The notes below the pieces were generated by a model. That model was not told where the DNA came from and searched no databases. It saw only the letters and a program-made list of their open reading frames with translations. The position numbers and the translations under genes are program-made. This document shows positions 16,901-27,330 of a stretch of DNA of 64,000 bases, in pieces; position 1 is the first letter of the stretch; each line of letters begins with the position of its first letter. The stretch spans positions 195,616 through 259,615 of the forward strand of contig CAKPHU010000002.1 of assembly GCA_934162125.1 (NCBI GenBank), in the 5' to 3' direction. The stretch is from an uncultured Bacilli bacterium. GTDB lineage: Bacteria; Bacillota_I; Bacilli_A; RF39; UBA660.

Positions 16901-18965
16901 AAACTCTTCCTTTCTCTAACTTTAAAATCTTATCAAATAATTTTTGTTGATTAAATCTATGACTAATCACAATAATAGTCTTATCTTCTAAATAAGCAAA
17001 AATATCTTTGAGAATCTTACTCGTTTTATAACTATCAATCTGACTAAAAGCCTCATCAAAAATATAAATAGTACTATCTCTAACTAAAGATCTAGCCAGA
17101 ATTATTCTTTGTCTTTCTCCATTACTAAAATTACTACCATTGTCTTCTACCAGCCTTTGATACTGCATTTCTTCATCAACTAATTCATTAACTCTTGTAA
17201 TCTGTACTATCTTTTGAAACTCTTCTTCACTAACTTCTCTATTTAAAACAATATTATTATATAAACTATCTCGAAACAAAGTATCTAGATTACTCACATA
17301 AGTAATGTTTCTCCTAATAACATCTAAATGTATATGGTTAATATCAATATCACTAATCTTCACAAAACCAAAAGGGACTTCAAAATATCTCATCAGTATC
17401 TTCATTAAAGTACTCTTACCACTACCAGAGTCCCCCACTAATAAAACTTTTTCTCCTGGCTTTATCAAAAAACTAACTTTATCAAATAAAACTTTATCAA
17501 TAGTCTGATAATCTAAATTTCTAAATTCTATTTTTCCTTCAAATTTATTAAGTAAATAATAATAACTTCCACTAAACTTTTCGGAAGATATCATAAATAA
17601 ATCCTCTATTCTTTCCTTTGCCAATTTATAGTTCTGAAAATTATAACTAATATTTAATAAACTAAGAACCGAATTATAAAAATACCCAAAAAGGCTCTGA
17701 TAAATAATTAAACTAGCTAAATTAAATTTATTTAAAATAACCAAATAAGAACCATATCCCAAAATAATTGTATTAAGGAGATGTGAAAAAGTACTTCTAA
17801 ATAAATTAAATATTTCTTCTATTCTTAAATACACATAAGACTTTTCTAATAACTTCTCATACTTAATTTTAAAATTATCAATAATCTTCTTTTCTAAATG
17901 ACTACCTTTAATTGTCTCAATATTAGTAAAAGACTCAATTAAATATGCACTAACCATATCATTATTTCGATTTAAAGATTTCATTTTTTTCTTGCGAAAA
18001 CCATTAAATAAAGCCTGTTCCATAATTAGAATAATTAAAAATAAAAATACTACTATTGTTAAATTCTTATTACTTTTAAACATCAAATAAGAGAAAACAC
18101 CTACACTAATCACATCAATTATCCCGCTAGAAAACACTTGTGAAAGAAAAGACTTAATCACATTTAAATCTTTAATTCTTGAGATAACTTCACCAGTCGT
18201 TCTATTTCTATAATATAAATATGGAAGTAAGAGAATTTGCCTATATATTTTATTTGTTAAGTTAACATCAATTTGAAAAGTCCATTTACTAAGCAAAAGA
18301 TTTCTTAAAGTAAAAGCACTTTCTCTAAATAAATATAAAACAGCTAAGTAAATACTAATGATTAGAATTTGTTTAGTTAAACTGTATTCTATTCCTAACT
18401 CTAACAAATATTTAAAATGAAAAGCCGTCAAAATTTGTAATAAGAAATAAATAGCAGTTAAAAAAACACTCATTATAATTAATGCTTTCTTCCTTATAAA
18501 TAACTCTTTTGTAGCTTTTCTAATAATATTCTTACTCTTCATAACAGCAAGTCTCTTAACAGGATGTAGAAATATATAATTACCACTTTCAATTAATTTA
18601 AATTCCGCTAAAGATAAAATTCTCTTTCCTTTAGCTGGATCCATAATCACCACCTTACCATTTTCTAAATTAATGGAATATATAACTACAAAGTGTTTAT
18701 AGCTTTTATTCATAATGACATGAGCAAGACAAGGTAAGTTATTATCTTTTATTTTTGACAAGTCTCCCTTCATGCCTTCTGCTTTAAATCCTACTTCTTC
18801 TGCTGCCATTATTAGTCCAAGTGCTGTCACACCATTTCTATTTGTGCCACTAAGTTCTCGCAAATACTCCTTAGATACATCTCCCCCATAATATCTAATG
18901 ACAGATAATAAAGAACAAATGCCACAATCTTTCACACCATCTTGTAAGACTATCTTCATAAGCAT
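16881..18965 (-). CDS. bacteriocin-processing peptidase-C39 domain ABC transporter (double-glycine leader cleaving exporter)
   Basis: N-terminal C39 domain with catalytic Cys in QDGVKDCGICSLLSVIRYYGG, 6-TM domain, Walker A GDSGSGKST, ABC signature LSNGERQRI, Walker B IYIFDEA; 694 aa. Confidence 0.9.
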   Translation of the reverse strand: MLMKIVLQDGVKDCGICSLLSVIRYYGGDVSKEYLRELSGTNRNGVTALGLIMAAEEVGFKAEGMKGDLSKIKDNNLPCLAHVIMNKSYKHFVVIYSINLENGKVVIMDPAKGKRILSLAEFKLIESGNYIFLHPVKRLAVMKSKNIIRKATKELFIRKKALIIMSVFLTAIYFLLQILTAFHFKYLLELGIEYSLTKQILIISIYLAVLYLFRESAFTLRNLLLSKWTFQIDVNLTNKIYRQILLLPYLYYRNRTTGEVISRIKDLNVIKSFLSQVFSSGIIDVISVGVFSYLMFKSNKNLTIVVFLFLIILIMEQALFNGFRKKKMKSLNRNNDMVSAYLIESFTNIETIKGSHLEKKIIDNFKIKYEKLLEKSYVYLRIEEIFNLFRSTFSHLLNTIILGYGSYLVILNKFNLASLIIYQSLFGYFYNSVLSLLNISYNFQNYKLAKERIEDLFMISSEKFSGSYYYLLNKFEGKIEFRNLDYQTIDKVLFDKVSFLIKPGEKVLLVGDSGSGKSTLMKILMRYFEVPFGFVKISDIDINHIHLDVIRRNITYVSNLDTLFRDSLYNNIVLNREVSEEEFQKIVQITRVNELVDEEMQYQRLVEDNGSNFSNGERQRIILARSLVRDSTIYIFDEAFSQIDSYKTSKILKDIFAYLEDKTIIVISHRFNQQKLFDKILKLEKGRVFEVNKL

Positions 18966-19001
18966 CTCTCACTTCCATATTTATTATTTAGCAAGAAAAC
19001 G

Positions 19002-19027
19002 CTTAATCCCACAAAAAAAGAAGCAAT
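19002..19027 (-). terminator. intrinsic terminator after the surface-protein gene
   Basis: Hairpin AGAAGCAGAAATTGCTTCT followed by T7 on minus strand. Confidence 0.55.
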
Positions 19028-19233
19028 TTCTGCTTCTTTTAAATACCCAAGGCGAACTTAGAACTATGTATCAAAAAAATATTAGTTGTTGAGAGTAAAT
19101 ATTTTTCTTTCTAAGTTCAAATACATTATAACACACTTTTTATTTGTAAACAAGTAATTTACTAAAAAATATAAAAAAGAGTAATTATAAAAATTACTCC
19201 TCAAAGCCATTAAAATTATATTATCGATAATTC

Positions 19234-22200
19234 TTATTCCATCACATTAGACTTCTTACGATTTTTTCTACACATAAAGATTATAAAAGCTAATAACAAT
19301 GCATCTACGATAGAAGCTATTATAATAATCAAATTATCATTTGCACCTTCAGTATTTGGCACTGTATTTTCAGTCTTGGTAATTATTATATCTGTATTTA
19401 CTATTCCATCACTATATTCTAATTCTAATTTATGAGTACCTATTTCCAATGTATTTAAATAACTAGATTTTAATGTCAAAATAGTACTTCCATTCTTTAA
19501 TTCATAATTTGAAGAGTTAACCTCAATACCATCTAACTTTACTTTTATTAACTTTTCTAGTTCACCATCAGCTTTAATCACAATATCTTTGCTTGAGTCA
19601 ACTTCATAAGTTTGATTATTGCCACTTAAGATTGTGTATTTAACTCCAGCATCTTTCCATATAATTTTTACTACTGTATCATTATTAAAAGCATAAGTAT
19701 CTTCAATCCATCTCTCATTATTAACCATAATATAATCAAATCTCATATCAGTTGGTGGAGTTATTAATAAAGCAATCTTACTTTCTATATCACTTTTCTT
19801 TAATGAAGACCCCTTATCAATCACAATTGTTTCAAAACCATTATTTTTTCCACCATTAGTATCTATTGTTATTTTTACTTGTTCAATAAATTTTGCATAA
19901 ATACTTATATTTTGTTTAATCGTTGTATTAAAGTCAAACTTTGTTTTGAATGTTTCATCTGTATACCAATCATCAAATCTGTAATTATCCTTTGTAGGAT
20001 TAGGGGCTGGTCTTGATATCTTTTCTCCTGAACTCACATAACCAGAATACAATTCTTTTCCTTCAGACATAAATGTAACTTTATATGAAGCTGCTGGTGA
20101 CAATATTTTCCATTCTATCTTTATTGGATTAGTTGTACCATCAGACCATACATAGTTAGTAGTTGAAGATAAAGTACATATTTGAGTATAAGATTTTACT
20201 TTAGTTCCTTTTAAATCCCCACTACCCTTACTTCCTTCTGGACACTGGATACCACTATCTTGTTCACTACCATTATAGATTCTGTCTCCAATTTTTGTTG
20301 GAATTATTAACTTTTTCTTATTTATAGTAAGTTTTACACAACTACTGCTGGCTTGCTTTGTATTTAGAGTTTCATTAGAAATTGCTTTAACATAATAAGT
20401 TCCGGCATTTACTGGTGCTTCACCACTATTTTTAGCACCTGTTTTGGTAGTTGTCTCCACCGTACATTTATCATTAGTATAATATTTGTAAATTAACACT
20501 ACTCCATTTACATTTACACTTGCCTGATTTGCTTCCATTGCACTTCCCGAATATGTCCCGGTTTTAGCAGTCAATGTAATTTTAGGAGTTGCCTGGACTA
20601 TCTTCCATTTAATTTGTTTATTACCAGAAGATCCATCTGACCATACATACCTGCTAGTATCATTTAATTTCAAAGTTACAATATACTCTCCAGCATTTTG
20701 TGCACTTACCGTACTACTAGAACTAACTATACTTACATTAGCTGGTACAGCAATTCCATGATCCTGCATATTACCTGTATAAGTTTTATTTGTTGGATTA
20801 TCTGGTATTTTAACCTTCTCTTTTGGATCAACTAATTTTAGTTTAATCCATTTTGATATACTACTATTTTCGTCAAGTCCACCAAAATAATCTTTAGTTT
20901 GATTGCTTGTATCAGTTGTATCATTATTTTGAAGCATTGCAAATAATTTCAATTCTTTTGCTGTCAAATTAAAATTATTCTTAGGAATTGTAATAACAGC
21001 TTTAATTCCTCTTGCATTAACATCCGTAGCTGTGAAATTTTGTGAGATATTTACTTTTATTAGATTACTATTCTTAATATCAGTCTCTGTACCATTTTTA
21101 ACTAATTTTACTGTTGCTAAACCACTTGGATTAATTCCAACACGCAAATAATCATATGTCGTACCATTGTATTTTAAATTTGCCGCATTAACCTTAATTT
21201 CCACATAATCCTGACCAGCAACACTATTTTGATCTAGCCAATCAATATAAAAATAAATATTATTTAAATCATAATTTGATCTTATTGACATTTGAGCTTG
21301 TGATGCACTACCTATAAACAAAGCATCATCATTAGTATTTGACAAGACTTCATTTTTTATCTCTAATGTATGATTCAAATACAAATTATGTATTCCAATA
21401 TGATCTCTTTTCTTATTAGGATAATATGATGCAGTAAGTAATGCAAAACTATGTGTTGAAGTTGTCGCAATTGAACCAAATTGAGACCATCTTCCTGCTT
21501 CTTTCATCACATTTGGTTCCGACTTATCAAAATTTCCATTTGAATCTCCAATCATTATAGTTGGATAGTCTCCATTAGAATAATATAAAATCGTTTCACC
21601 TGATGGCATTTGAATAATATATGGTGCTGATCCTGACACAAAATTATTTTTTCTAGTAATTGGGCCAGTTTCTGTTAAACCCAAACCAACATTATCGTAT
21701 ACTTTTGCTTCACCATCAAAGTTAGTGTTTGCCTGATGTTGACTATTAATATCCATCCAATACTTCTGTTTACTAACACCATTAACCCTAACATTAGTTG
21801 CATTTGAATACGCTAATGAAATTTTATTCTTTAATGTAACTGATTCTGTATTTTTAACATTACCAGTAGTACATTGTCCAGAACAATTTTCATCACATTT
21901 TGAAGCGGAATCACAAATTGAAGGATTGTCTTTACAATTAGTGCTTATTGTAAAAGATTCAACAGCCATAACCATTTTCTTCTTATTATTAAGTTCTACT
22001 CCAACTGGCATTTGATCAGTCATTTTAATAATTTTATTATTATAACTTATTCCCTTATGACATTGACAATTTGTTTTTAGATTTGTAAAATCAACTATTT
22101 CAGTTGTATTTTGCCAAACAACTGGCTGTTGAATAATTACATATGGTGAATAAGAATTTCTCTCACTAGAATTATATCTTTTATTAGTTCCAACTATATG

Positions 22201-23124
22201 TGGAGTAAAGCTATTAGCATTATCAAGAGAAGATATCATTCCTACTCCTGATGAATTAAAATGGGGACCATTAACAGCTATATAATTTTTATATTTTTCT
22301 GCAAGGCTAACTCCATTTATATACTCAACAGGCGCAATACACGTAAAATATACTTGTATCTCACCAGTTGACAATTGAGCAATTGATGGTTCCCAAACAT
22401 AGCCTGAATAAATTTGTTTTTCAGTAGACCATGTCTTACCGCCATCAGAACTTATTTTCATATATATTCCAATTTTATTAAAAACTTCTGGAGTATAAAC
22501 CCAAACACTTTTTGGTACTTTTGCCACAACATTCATAATTCTGCCATCTCGTAAAACGATTGAATCAGAACTTGAATAATTATATTTTACAGAATTTTCT
22601 GTATATGATTCGTATAATTTCTTTGGTGTTTCCCAATTTTTTAAATCATTACTTCTAGTATAATAAACATTTATTCCATTAGCACTACTTGTATCAATAT
22701 TTTGAAAAGTTAATAAATACTTATACTCACCATTGGCTATATACTTAAGTCTAGGATAATTCATTAATTCTAAATCACTATTATTTTGATCCAAATTACT
22801 TTTATATAGCATTATTGTTTCCCTAAGATTACCTTCAAATGAACTAACAACAGTATTACTACTTACTATATCATCCTTATTCGAATCTAAAGACTTTTGT
22901 GTTTTATTTAAATTAGATATTTTTTCAATAGGCTGTTTCAAGAAAGTATTATTTGCAAAATCACTCATATCTTTATAATCATAATCAATTGAATAACTTG
23001 TCTTTAAGTTTAAAATAACCGCAAAAATAATCACTGCCAACAGCAAAAAAAGATTTCTCTTATTTAATAATTTTTTCATATTTCTCACCAACAACTTATT
23101 AAAGTAATTTGCACATTTTTTCAA
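19234..23124 (-). CDS. large cell-surface protein: BNR/sialidase-like repeats, Ig-like repeats, Listeria-Bacteroides repeat, C-terminal TM anchor
   Basis: 1296 aa; signal peptide (likely from second Met MKKLLNKRNLFLLLAVIIFAVIL); BNR motif SSDGGKTWS; repeated ...YVWSDGS... Ig-like modules; YRFDDWYTDETFKTKFDF repeat; C-terminal hydrophobic anchor + RKNRKK. Confidence 0.75.
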   Translation of the reverse strand: MKKCANYFNKLLVRNMKKLLNKRNLFLLLAVIIFAVILNLKTSYSIDYDYKDMSDFANNTFLKQPIEKISNLNKTQKSLDSNKDDIVSSNTVVSSFEGNLRETIMLYKSNLDQNNSDLELMNYPRLKYIANGEYKYLLTFQNIDTSSANGINVYYTRSNDLKNWETPKKLYESYTENSVKYNYSSSDSIVLRDGRIMNVVAKVPKSVWVYTPEVFNKIGIYMKISSDGGKTWSTEKQIYSGYVWEPSIAQLSTGEIQVYFTCIAPVEYINGVSLAEKYKNYIAVNGPHFNSSGVGMISSLDNANSFTPHIVGTNKRYNSSERNSYSPYVIIQQPVVWQNTTEIVDFTNLKTNCQCHKGISYNNKIIKMTDQMPVGVELNNKKKMVMAVESFTISTNCKDNPSICDSASKCDENCSGQCTTGNVKNTESVTLKNKISLAYSNATNVRVNGVSKQKYWMDINSQHQANTNFDGEAKVYDNVGLGLTETGPITRKNNFVSGSAPYIIQMPSGETILYYSNGDYPTIMIGDSNGNFDKSEPNVMKEAGRWSQFGSIATTSTHSFALLTASYYPNKKRDHIGIHNLYLNHTLEIKNEVLSNTNDDALFIGSASQAQMSIRSNYDLNNIYFYIDWLDQNSVAGQDYVEIKVNAANLKYNGTTYDYLRVGINPSGLATVKLVKNGTETDIKNSNLIKVNISQNFTATDVNARGIKAVITIPKNNFNLTAKELKLFAMLQNNDTTDTSNQTKDYFGGLDENSSISKWIKLKLVDPKEKVKIPDNPTNKTYTGNMQDHGIAVPANVSIVSSSSTVSAQNAGEYIVTLKLNDTSRYVWSDGSSGNKQIKWKIVQATPKITLTAKTGTYSGSAMEANQASVNVNGVVLIYKYYTNDKCTVETTTKTGAKNSGEAPVNAGTYYVKAISNETLNTKQASSSCVKLTINKKKLIIPTKIGDRIYNGSEQDSGIQCPEGSKGSGDLKGTKVKSYTQICTLSSTTNYVWSDGTTNPIKIEWKILSPAASYKVTFMSEGKELYSGYVSSGEKISRPAPNPTKDNYRFDDWYTDETFKTKFDFNTTIKQNISIYAKFIEQVKITIDTNGGKNNGFETIVIDKGSSLKKSDIESKIALLITPPTDMRFDYIMVNNERWIEDTYAFNNDTVVKIIWKDAGVKYTILSGNNQTYEVDSSKDIVIKADGELEKLIKVKLDGIEVNSSNYELKNGSTILTLKSSYLNTLEIGTHKLELEYSDGIVNTDIIITKTENTVPNTEGANDNLIIIIASIVDALLLAFIIFMCRKNRKKSNVME

Positions 23125-23134
23125 TCACTATTTA

Positions 23135-24025
23135 CTAAAAAATTAAATTTCCTTCTTTCATAACCTCTGGGTACCAGTCAGCATGATCAAAAGAATATGT
23201 AACCATTTCTGTTTGATCTAACCCATTATAATAGAAATTACTATCTTTATTTTGAATAGATGCTGCCACAGTAGAATCAAAATTATAATAATTTCCATCA
23301 TAATAAACAATATTCCAAGCATGATCTTCTCCACTATTACCAGTAACAATATAAGACTTTATACCAATATTCTGAAAAATAACTTGACTAGCTTTTGCAT
23401 AAGCTGCACAAACTGCACTATCACCAAAAAAGACACTATAAATAGACTGGTTCTTTGAAGAATATGTAAACACTTTATCATACTTACTATTAGAACTAAT
23501 CCAATAATAAACATACTGAATCTTATCTAAATCACTCATATTCTTAGTATTATTTTTAATTATATCAATTTCTCTTTCAATCTTTCTTTCCCCAATAAAA
23601 TCAAAAAATCTAGCTGGCAATGCATACACAAAACTAACCTTTACTTTTTTATCCGTAAACATCATAAAAAACGTTGAGAAACTTAAAAGTTCTGGATGAT
23701 CTACAAAAATAGCATCATATACATTTTGCATAATACCTGTACATTCATCATTATCACTACAACTATAAGAAGATAAATCAATCTCAATTGATCCTTTATG
23801 TTCTTTTATAGCTTTCACAAGACTATCATAAGTTTTCTTTTCATCATTTGATAAATAATTATTATAAATTCTACCATCAGACATATAAATATCATTAACA
23901 TAGAACTTACTATTCTTGTCAATCAATTCATTTCTACTTACTGGCCTAAAAAAGTTCCAATAAATAACTACCACACAAATTATAAATAGTATTGTTAAAA
24001 AAACATGATTCTTTATAAAATTCAT
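23135..24025 (-). CDS. transglutaminase-like cysteine protease superfamily protein, membrane-anchored
   Basis: N-terminal TM; Cys-His-Asp arrangement GDSAVCAAYAKA ... GEDHAWNIVYYDGNYYNFDST. Confidence 0.65.
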   Translation of the reverse strand: MNFIKNHVFLTILFIICVVVIYWNFFRPVSRNELIDKNSKFYVNDIYMSDGRIYNNYLSNDEKKTYDSLVKAIKEHKGSIEIDLSSYSCSDNDECTGIMQNVYDAIFVDHPELLSFSTFFMMFTDKKVKVSFVYALPARFFDFIGERKIEREIDIIKNNTKNMSDLDKIQYVYYWISSNSKYDKVFTYSSKNQSIYSVFFGDSAVCAAYAKASQVIFQNIGIKSYIVTGNSGEDHAWNIVYYDGNYYNFDSTVAASIQNKDSNFYYNGLDQTEMVTYSFDHADWYPEVMKEGNLIF

Positions 24026-24065
24026 TATCTCACCCTATCCTAGAATAAGTATAACACAACTTAAA

Positions 24066-24095
24066 AACAAAAAAAAGTTCTTGAAACAAGAACTT
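24066..24095 (-). terminator. hairpin terminator (potentially bidirectional) after tRNA-Arg
   Basis: AAGTTCTTG-aaa-CAAGAACTT flanked by A-run on one side and T-run on the other. Confidence 0.55.
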
Positions 24096-24105
24096 ATTTT
24101 TTAAA

Positions 24106-24182
24106 TGGTGTCCGCGAGGCGACTCGAACGCCTGACCGATCGCTTAGAAGGCGATTGCTCTATCCAGCTGAGCTACGCAGAC
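24106..24182 (-). tRNA. tRNA-Arg (anticodon TCT)
   Basis: Cloverleaf GTCTGCG/TAGCTCAGCTGGATAGAGC/ATCGC-CTTCTAA-GCGAT/.../GGTTCGAGTCC.../CGCGGAC-A-CCA; own TTGCAA-17-TATAAT promoter at 24200-24230. Confidence 0.85.
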
Positions 24183-24270
24183 ATAATCAACTGACAAATA
24201 GAATTATACATTAAAAGTCCTTTTCTTGCAAGAGATTTTTATATTTTTTCTAAATATCAGTTATTTATTT

Positions 24271-25443
24271 TTAATCAGTAGCTTTTTTTATTGCATTATC
24301 TATCTTAACAAGAACTTTTCCCACATCTTGTTCTGTTTCACGTTTTAATTCTTTAATGTGTTCACGTAATGACTCGTTACCAAAAACAACAGTATCATCG
24401 ATTCTATCTAAAATAGCATCATATTCCACATTAGAAGAAAATCTTGCATCTGTAAAATTAGTCTTTGTAACAGGACTAGTAAGATAAAGATCAATTACAG
24501 CACCTCTACTGCCAGTAAAGTTTGTACCTTCTAAAGTTCCATTGAATAAACAATCTTCTCCAAAAGTAACTCCCGCTAAATTGCATTGAAAAAGACTGAC
24601 TTCTCTTCTTTCAGATAATTGTGCATTAAAACCGTAACTACCTCTAAAATCTGTATTTCTAATATACAATGAACTATTAGTATATGGTTTTGTAAAGTAT
24701 ACCCCTTCAAATTTACAATTTGAAAGAGTTCCCGCAACTGTATTAGGATTCATTTCAATCATTCCATCAGTTACACTCTTAGCACCTCTGAAATCAGTAT
24801 CACCAATAGTACAGCCGTAAAAATCACCATCTATTTTTGCATCATCAAGAATAGTACCTGTAAAGTCCATACTCTCTGCTTTAATAAGAGCACCTTTACT
24901 ACCTTCAAAGCTATCATCTTTAACTGTATTTGGATATTCAATACTACCTTTAAAAGTCACACTATGATAAGTATTACTACCTAAAAGTTTATTCTTACTT
25001 GGAACAATAACAGCACCTTTACTATTTGAAAAAATAGTATCTTGAATTATACATCCCTCAATAGGTCTTACAAATTCAACGCCCACAAATTCTGCTCCTC
25101 TAAAATCAGGAAAAACTGTATCAGGATTTATCTTAACTCCTGTTAACCCTGCAAAGTTATATCCCATACATACAACATTATCAAAAGACACATTAGACAT
25201 ATCTATCTTTTTCAAAATTTCTGGTGGAAGAGTAAAAAATAATGCTTCGCATTCTTCTCCATTATTCATATCATTTTTAATTTTACTAGGCTTAAATAAT
25301 ACTTTTTCTAATAATCCTTCTGGAAAGTCATCTAACAATACTGGCTTTCCTTTATAATGACTTAACGTCTTAACCAAATAATCTCTTACTGCATCTGCTT
25401 TCTTCTTAGTAAATGCTTCACTATCAAATATATCATAAGTCAT
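24271..25443 (-). CDS. pentapeptide-repeat protein
   Basis: Long runs of A(D/N)(L/F)xx-type pentapeptides (...DFRGAEFVGVEFV..., NFTGSRGAVIDL...); 390 aa. Confidence 0.65.
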   Translation of the reverse strand: MTYDIFDSEAFTKKKADAVRDYLVKTLSHYKGKPVLLDDFPEGLLEKVLFKPSKIKNDMNNGEECEALFFTLPPEILKKIDMSNVSFDNVVCMGYNFAGLTGVKINPDTVFPDFRGAEFVGVEFVRPIEGCIIQDTIFSNSKGAVIVPSKNKLLGSNTYHSVTFKGSIEYPNTVKDDSFEGSKGALIKAESMDFTGTILDDAKIDGDFYGCTIGDTDFRGAKSVTDGMIEMNPNTVAGTLSNCKFEGVYFTKPYTNSSLYIRNTDFRGSYGFNAQLSERREVSLFQCNLAGVTFGEDCLFNGTLEGTNFTGSRGAVIDLYLTSPVTKTNFTDARFSSNVEYDAILDRIDDTVVFGNESLREHIKELKRETEQDVGKVLVKIDNAIKKATD

Positions 25444-25489
25444 AACAAACCCTCCAATAAGCTTTATTATAACAGATATTATTAATTAA

Positions 25490-26434
25490 TCAATATTTAT
25501 TTAAATCACTTCTACTAACATGACCAACTACTTCACCATTAACCTCAAAACTAACCATTTCACTAGGATAATTATCAAAAACTGACAAAGAAATAGTATA
25601 GATAACTTCCTCTACCAACTTATCATTTCCATCCATAATATAATCATTAAAATTAAGTCTCATAATTCCATCATCTTCCTGATAATCTAGAAGAACCGTA
25701 TTACTATTTAAAAAGCTAATTAAATTACTTTCATATAAATAACTAGAAGCTAACTCTTCTACAATAATCTTAATCTTTTCCCGATCATCATTAATATACT
25801 TAGTAACTGGTACATAATACATATCATTATTAATTCTATCCAAATAATATATAACAACCTCATTAATATTATTTCTCGAAGTAATATCATAAACCTTATT
25901 TATTCCAATACTCTTATTTAAAATAGGATCTAACTTTTCCTCTGAAACAGGATACTTATTCAAAACTTCATCTTCTACTAAAATACTAACTCCTTCTACT
26001 TTATCAAGTTCCAAAATACTATAAACAATTGAACTAATCATATTCTTTTCTTTATCCAAATCAACTTTTAAAATATCTTTCGAAAAATTAAGTGTAACTA
26101 TCTCTTTCCCAACAATCACATCTTTTAACTTAGTCCCACTAGGTATTACTCCACTAAGTCCATTTACTTTATTAGAATCTTTTAAACTATTAATAATCTT
26201 ATAAACTCTATCTTTAATATTATCTTCATTCATATAAATCTTACTTCTAACTAATAGATTATTTTTGTTAAGCAAATATATATTATAAATATCTCCCTTA
26301 TTTTCAACTTCTCCATGTGCTGTAACTGCTAAAGTTTCCGTATTACCTACTCCCTTCAAAGAAAAAGCAACTACTAAAATAAATAAAGATAAAGTTGTTA
26401 TAAATATTTTTCTTAAAGCCTTTGTTCTAAGCAT
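25490..26434 (-). CDS. GerM-like (spore germination/sporulation) protein with N-terminal membrane anchor
   Basis: 314 aa; tandem GerMN-like segments (...KVNGLSGVIPSGTKLKDVIVGKEIVTLNFSKD...); adjacent to gerE-like gene. Confidence 0.45.
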   Translation of the reverse strand: MLRTKALRKIFITTLSLFILVVAFSLKGVGNTETLAVTAHGEVENKGDIYNIYLLNKNNLLVRSKIYMNEDNIKDRVYKIINSLKDSNKVNGLSGVIPSGTKLKDVIVGKEIVTLNFSKDILKVDLDKEKNMISSIVYSILELDKVEGVSILVEDEVLNKYPVSEEKLDPILNKSIGINKVYDITSRNNINEVVIYYLDRINNDMYYVPVTKYINDDREKIKIIVEELASSYLYESNLISFLNSNTVLLDYQEDDGIMRLNFNDYIMDGNDKLVEEVIYTISLSVFDNYPSEMVSFEVNGEVVGHVSRSDLNKY

Positions 26435-26485
26435 ATTTCTTCACCTATCAAATTATATGAAAAGCCGTGCTATTTTAGCACGACT

Positions 26486-26692
26486 TTATAATGATAATTC
26501 CTTAAGCTTTAATAGTTCCACAACTGCACCAGCTCTTCCATTAACTCCAAGCTTCTGCATTACATTAGAAATATGATTACGAACTGTTTTCTCACTAATA
26601 TTAAGTTCTTCTGCAATTTCTTTTGTACTCTTATTGTCTATTAAAAGCTCAAATACCGTCTTTTCTCTAACCGTTAATATCGTATTAGCCAT
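26486..26692 (-). CDS. GerE/LuxR-family helix-turn-helix transcriptional regulator
   Basis: 68 aa; LTVREKTVFELLIDNKSTKEIAEELNISEKTVRNHISNVMQKLGV is a textbook LuxR-type HTH (GerE-sized). Confidence 0.8.
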   Translation of the reverse strand: MANTILTVREKTVFELLIDNKSTKEIAEELNISEKTVRNHISNVMQKLGVNGRAGAVVELLKLKELSL

Positions 26693-26768
26693 TTCTTATC
26701 ACCTAGAATATTCTATGAAACAAGAAATATTTTGCTAAGGTATTTGCCCAAGAAAAAAGAAAGAAAAG

Positions 26769-27266
26769 TTATCCTTCTTGAAATTTTACAGTTATATAAA
26801 GCTTATTCTTATAGTTTTTCTGAATAGCTCTCATTATATTATTTGCTAACTGCATATCATGCGTATTAGATATACAAACTACATTGACATTACTATTATC
26901 AATTTTTGTAAAGCAATCAAGCTTAAATTCATTTTTCAAACTTTTTTCAATAGCTTCTTCTTTTCCTTGTAATTCATTTAAATATTTTAATTTTTCATAA
27001 ACATTATTCTTCTCTTCGCTACTTAACTCTTCACTAACTAATTGTTCCTGCAAAACATTCATTTCTTTCTGTCTTTCTTCCTCTAAATTTACTCTCATTG
27101 CTACTAAAGGTCCTACTTCTTCTACCGCATCACTATCTATATTATTAGCCTTCTCAACTACTTCTTTTTCTGGTTTTAATAAGTCTGTAGGCATTGTTAT
27201 ATAATAAACTCCTAATATAAGAATTAAACTAAATAATGTTAAAAACCACAAATTTTGCTTATCCAT
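26769..27266 (-). CDS. hypothetical membrane-anchored protein (possibly sporulation-related)
   Basis: Start moved to MDKQNLWFLTLFSLILILGVYYI (TM anchor), acidic coiled region, C-terminal ~60-aa domain; track start overlaps next gene. Confidence 0.45.
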   Translation of the reverse strand: MDKQNLWFLTLFSLILILGVYYITMPTDLLKPEKEVVEKANNIDSDAVEEVGPLVAMRVNLEEERQKEMNVLQEQLVSEELSSEEKNNVYEKLKYLNELQGKEEAIEKSLKNEFKLDCFTKIDNSNVNVVCISNTHDMQLANNIMRAIQKNYKNKLYITVKFQEG

Positions 27267-27330
27267 AACCTGATCTCCTCTAATAGAATATATGAATAAA
27301 AAAAAAGAATATTCGCAAATATTCTTTTCT

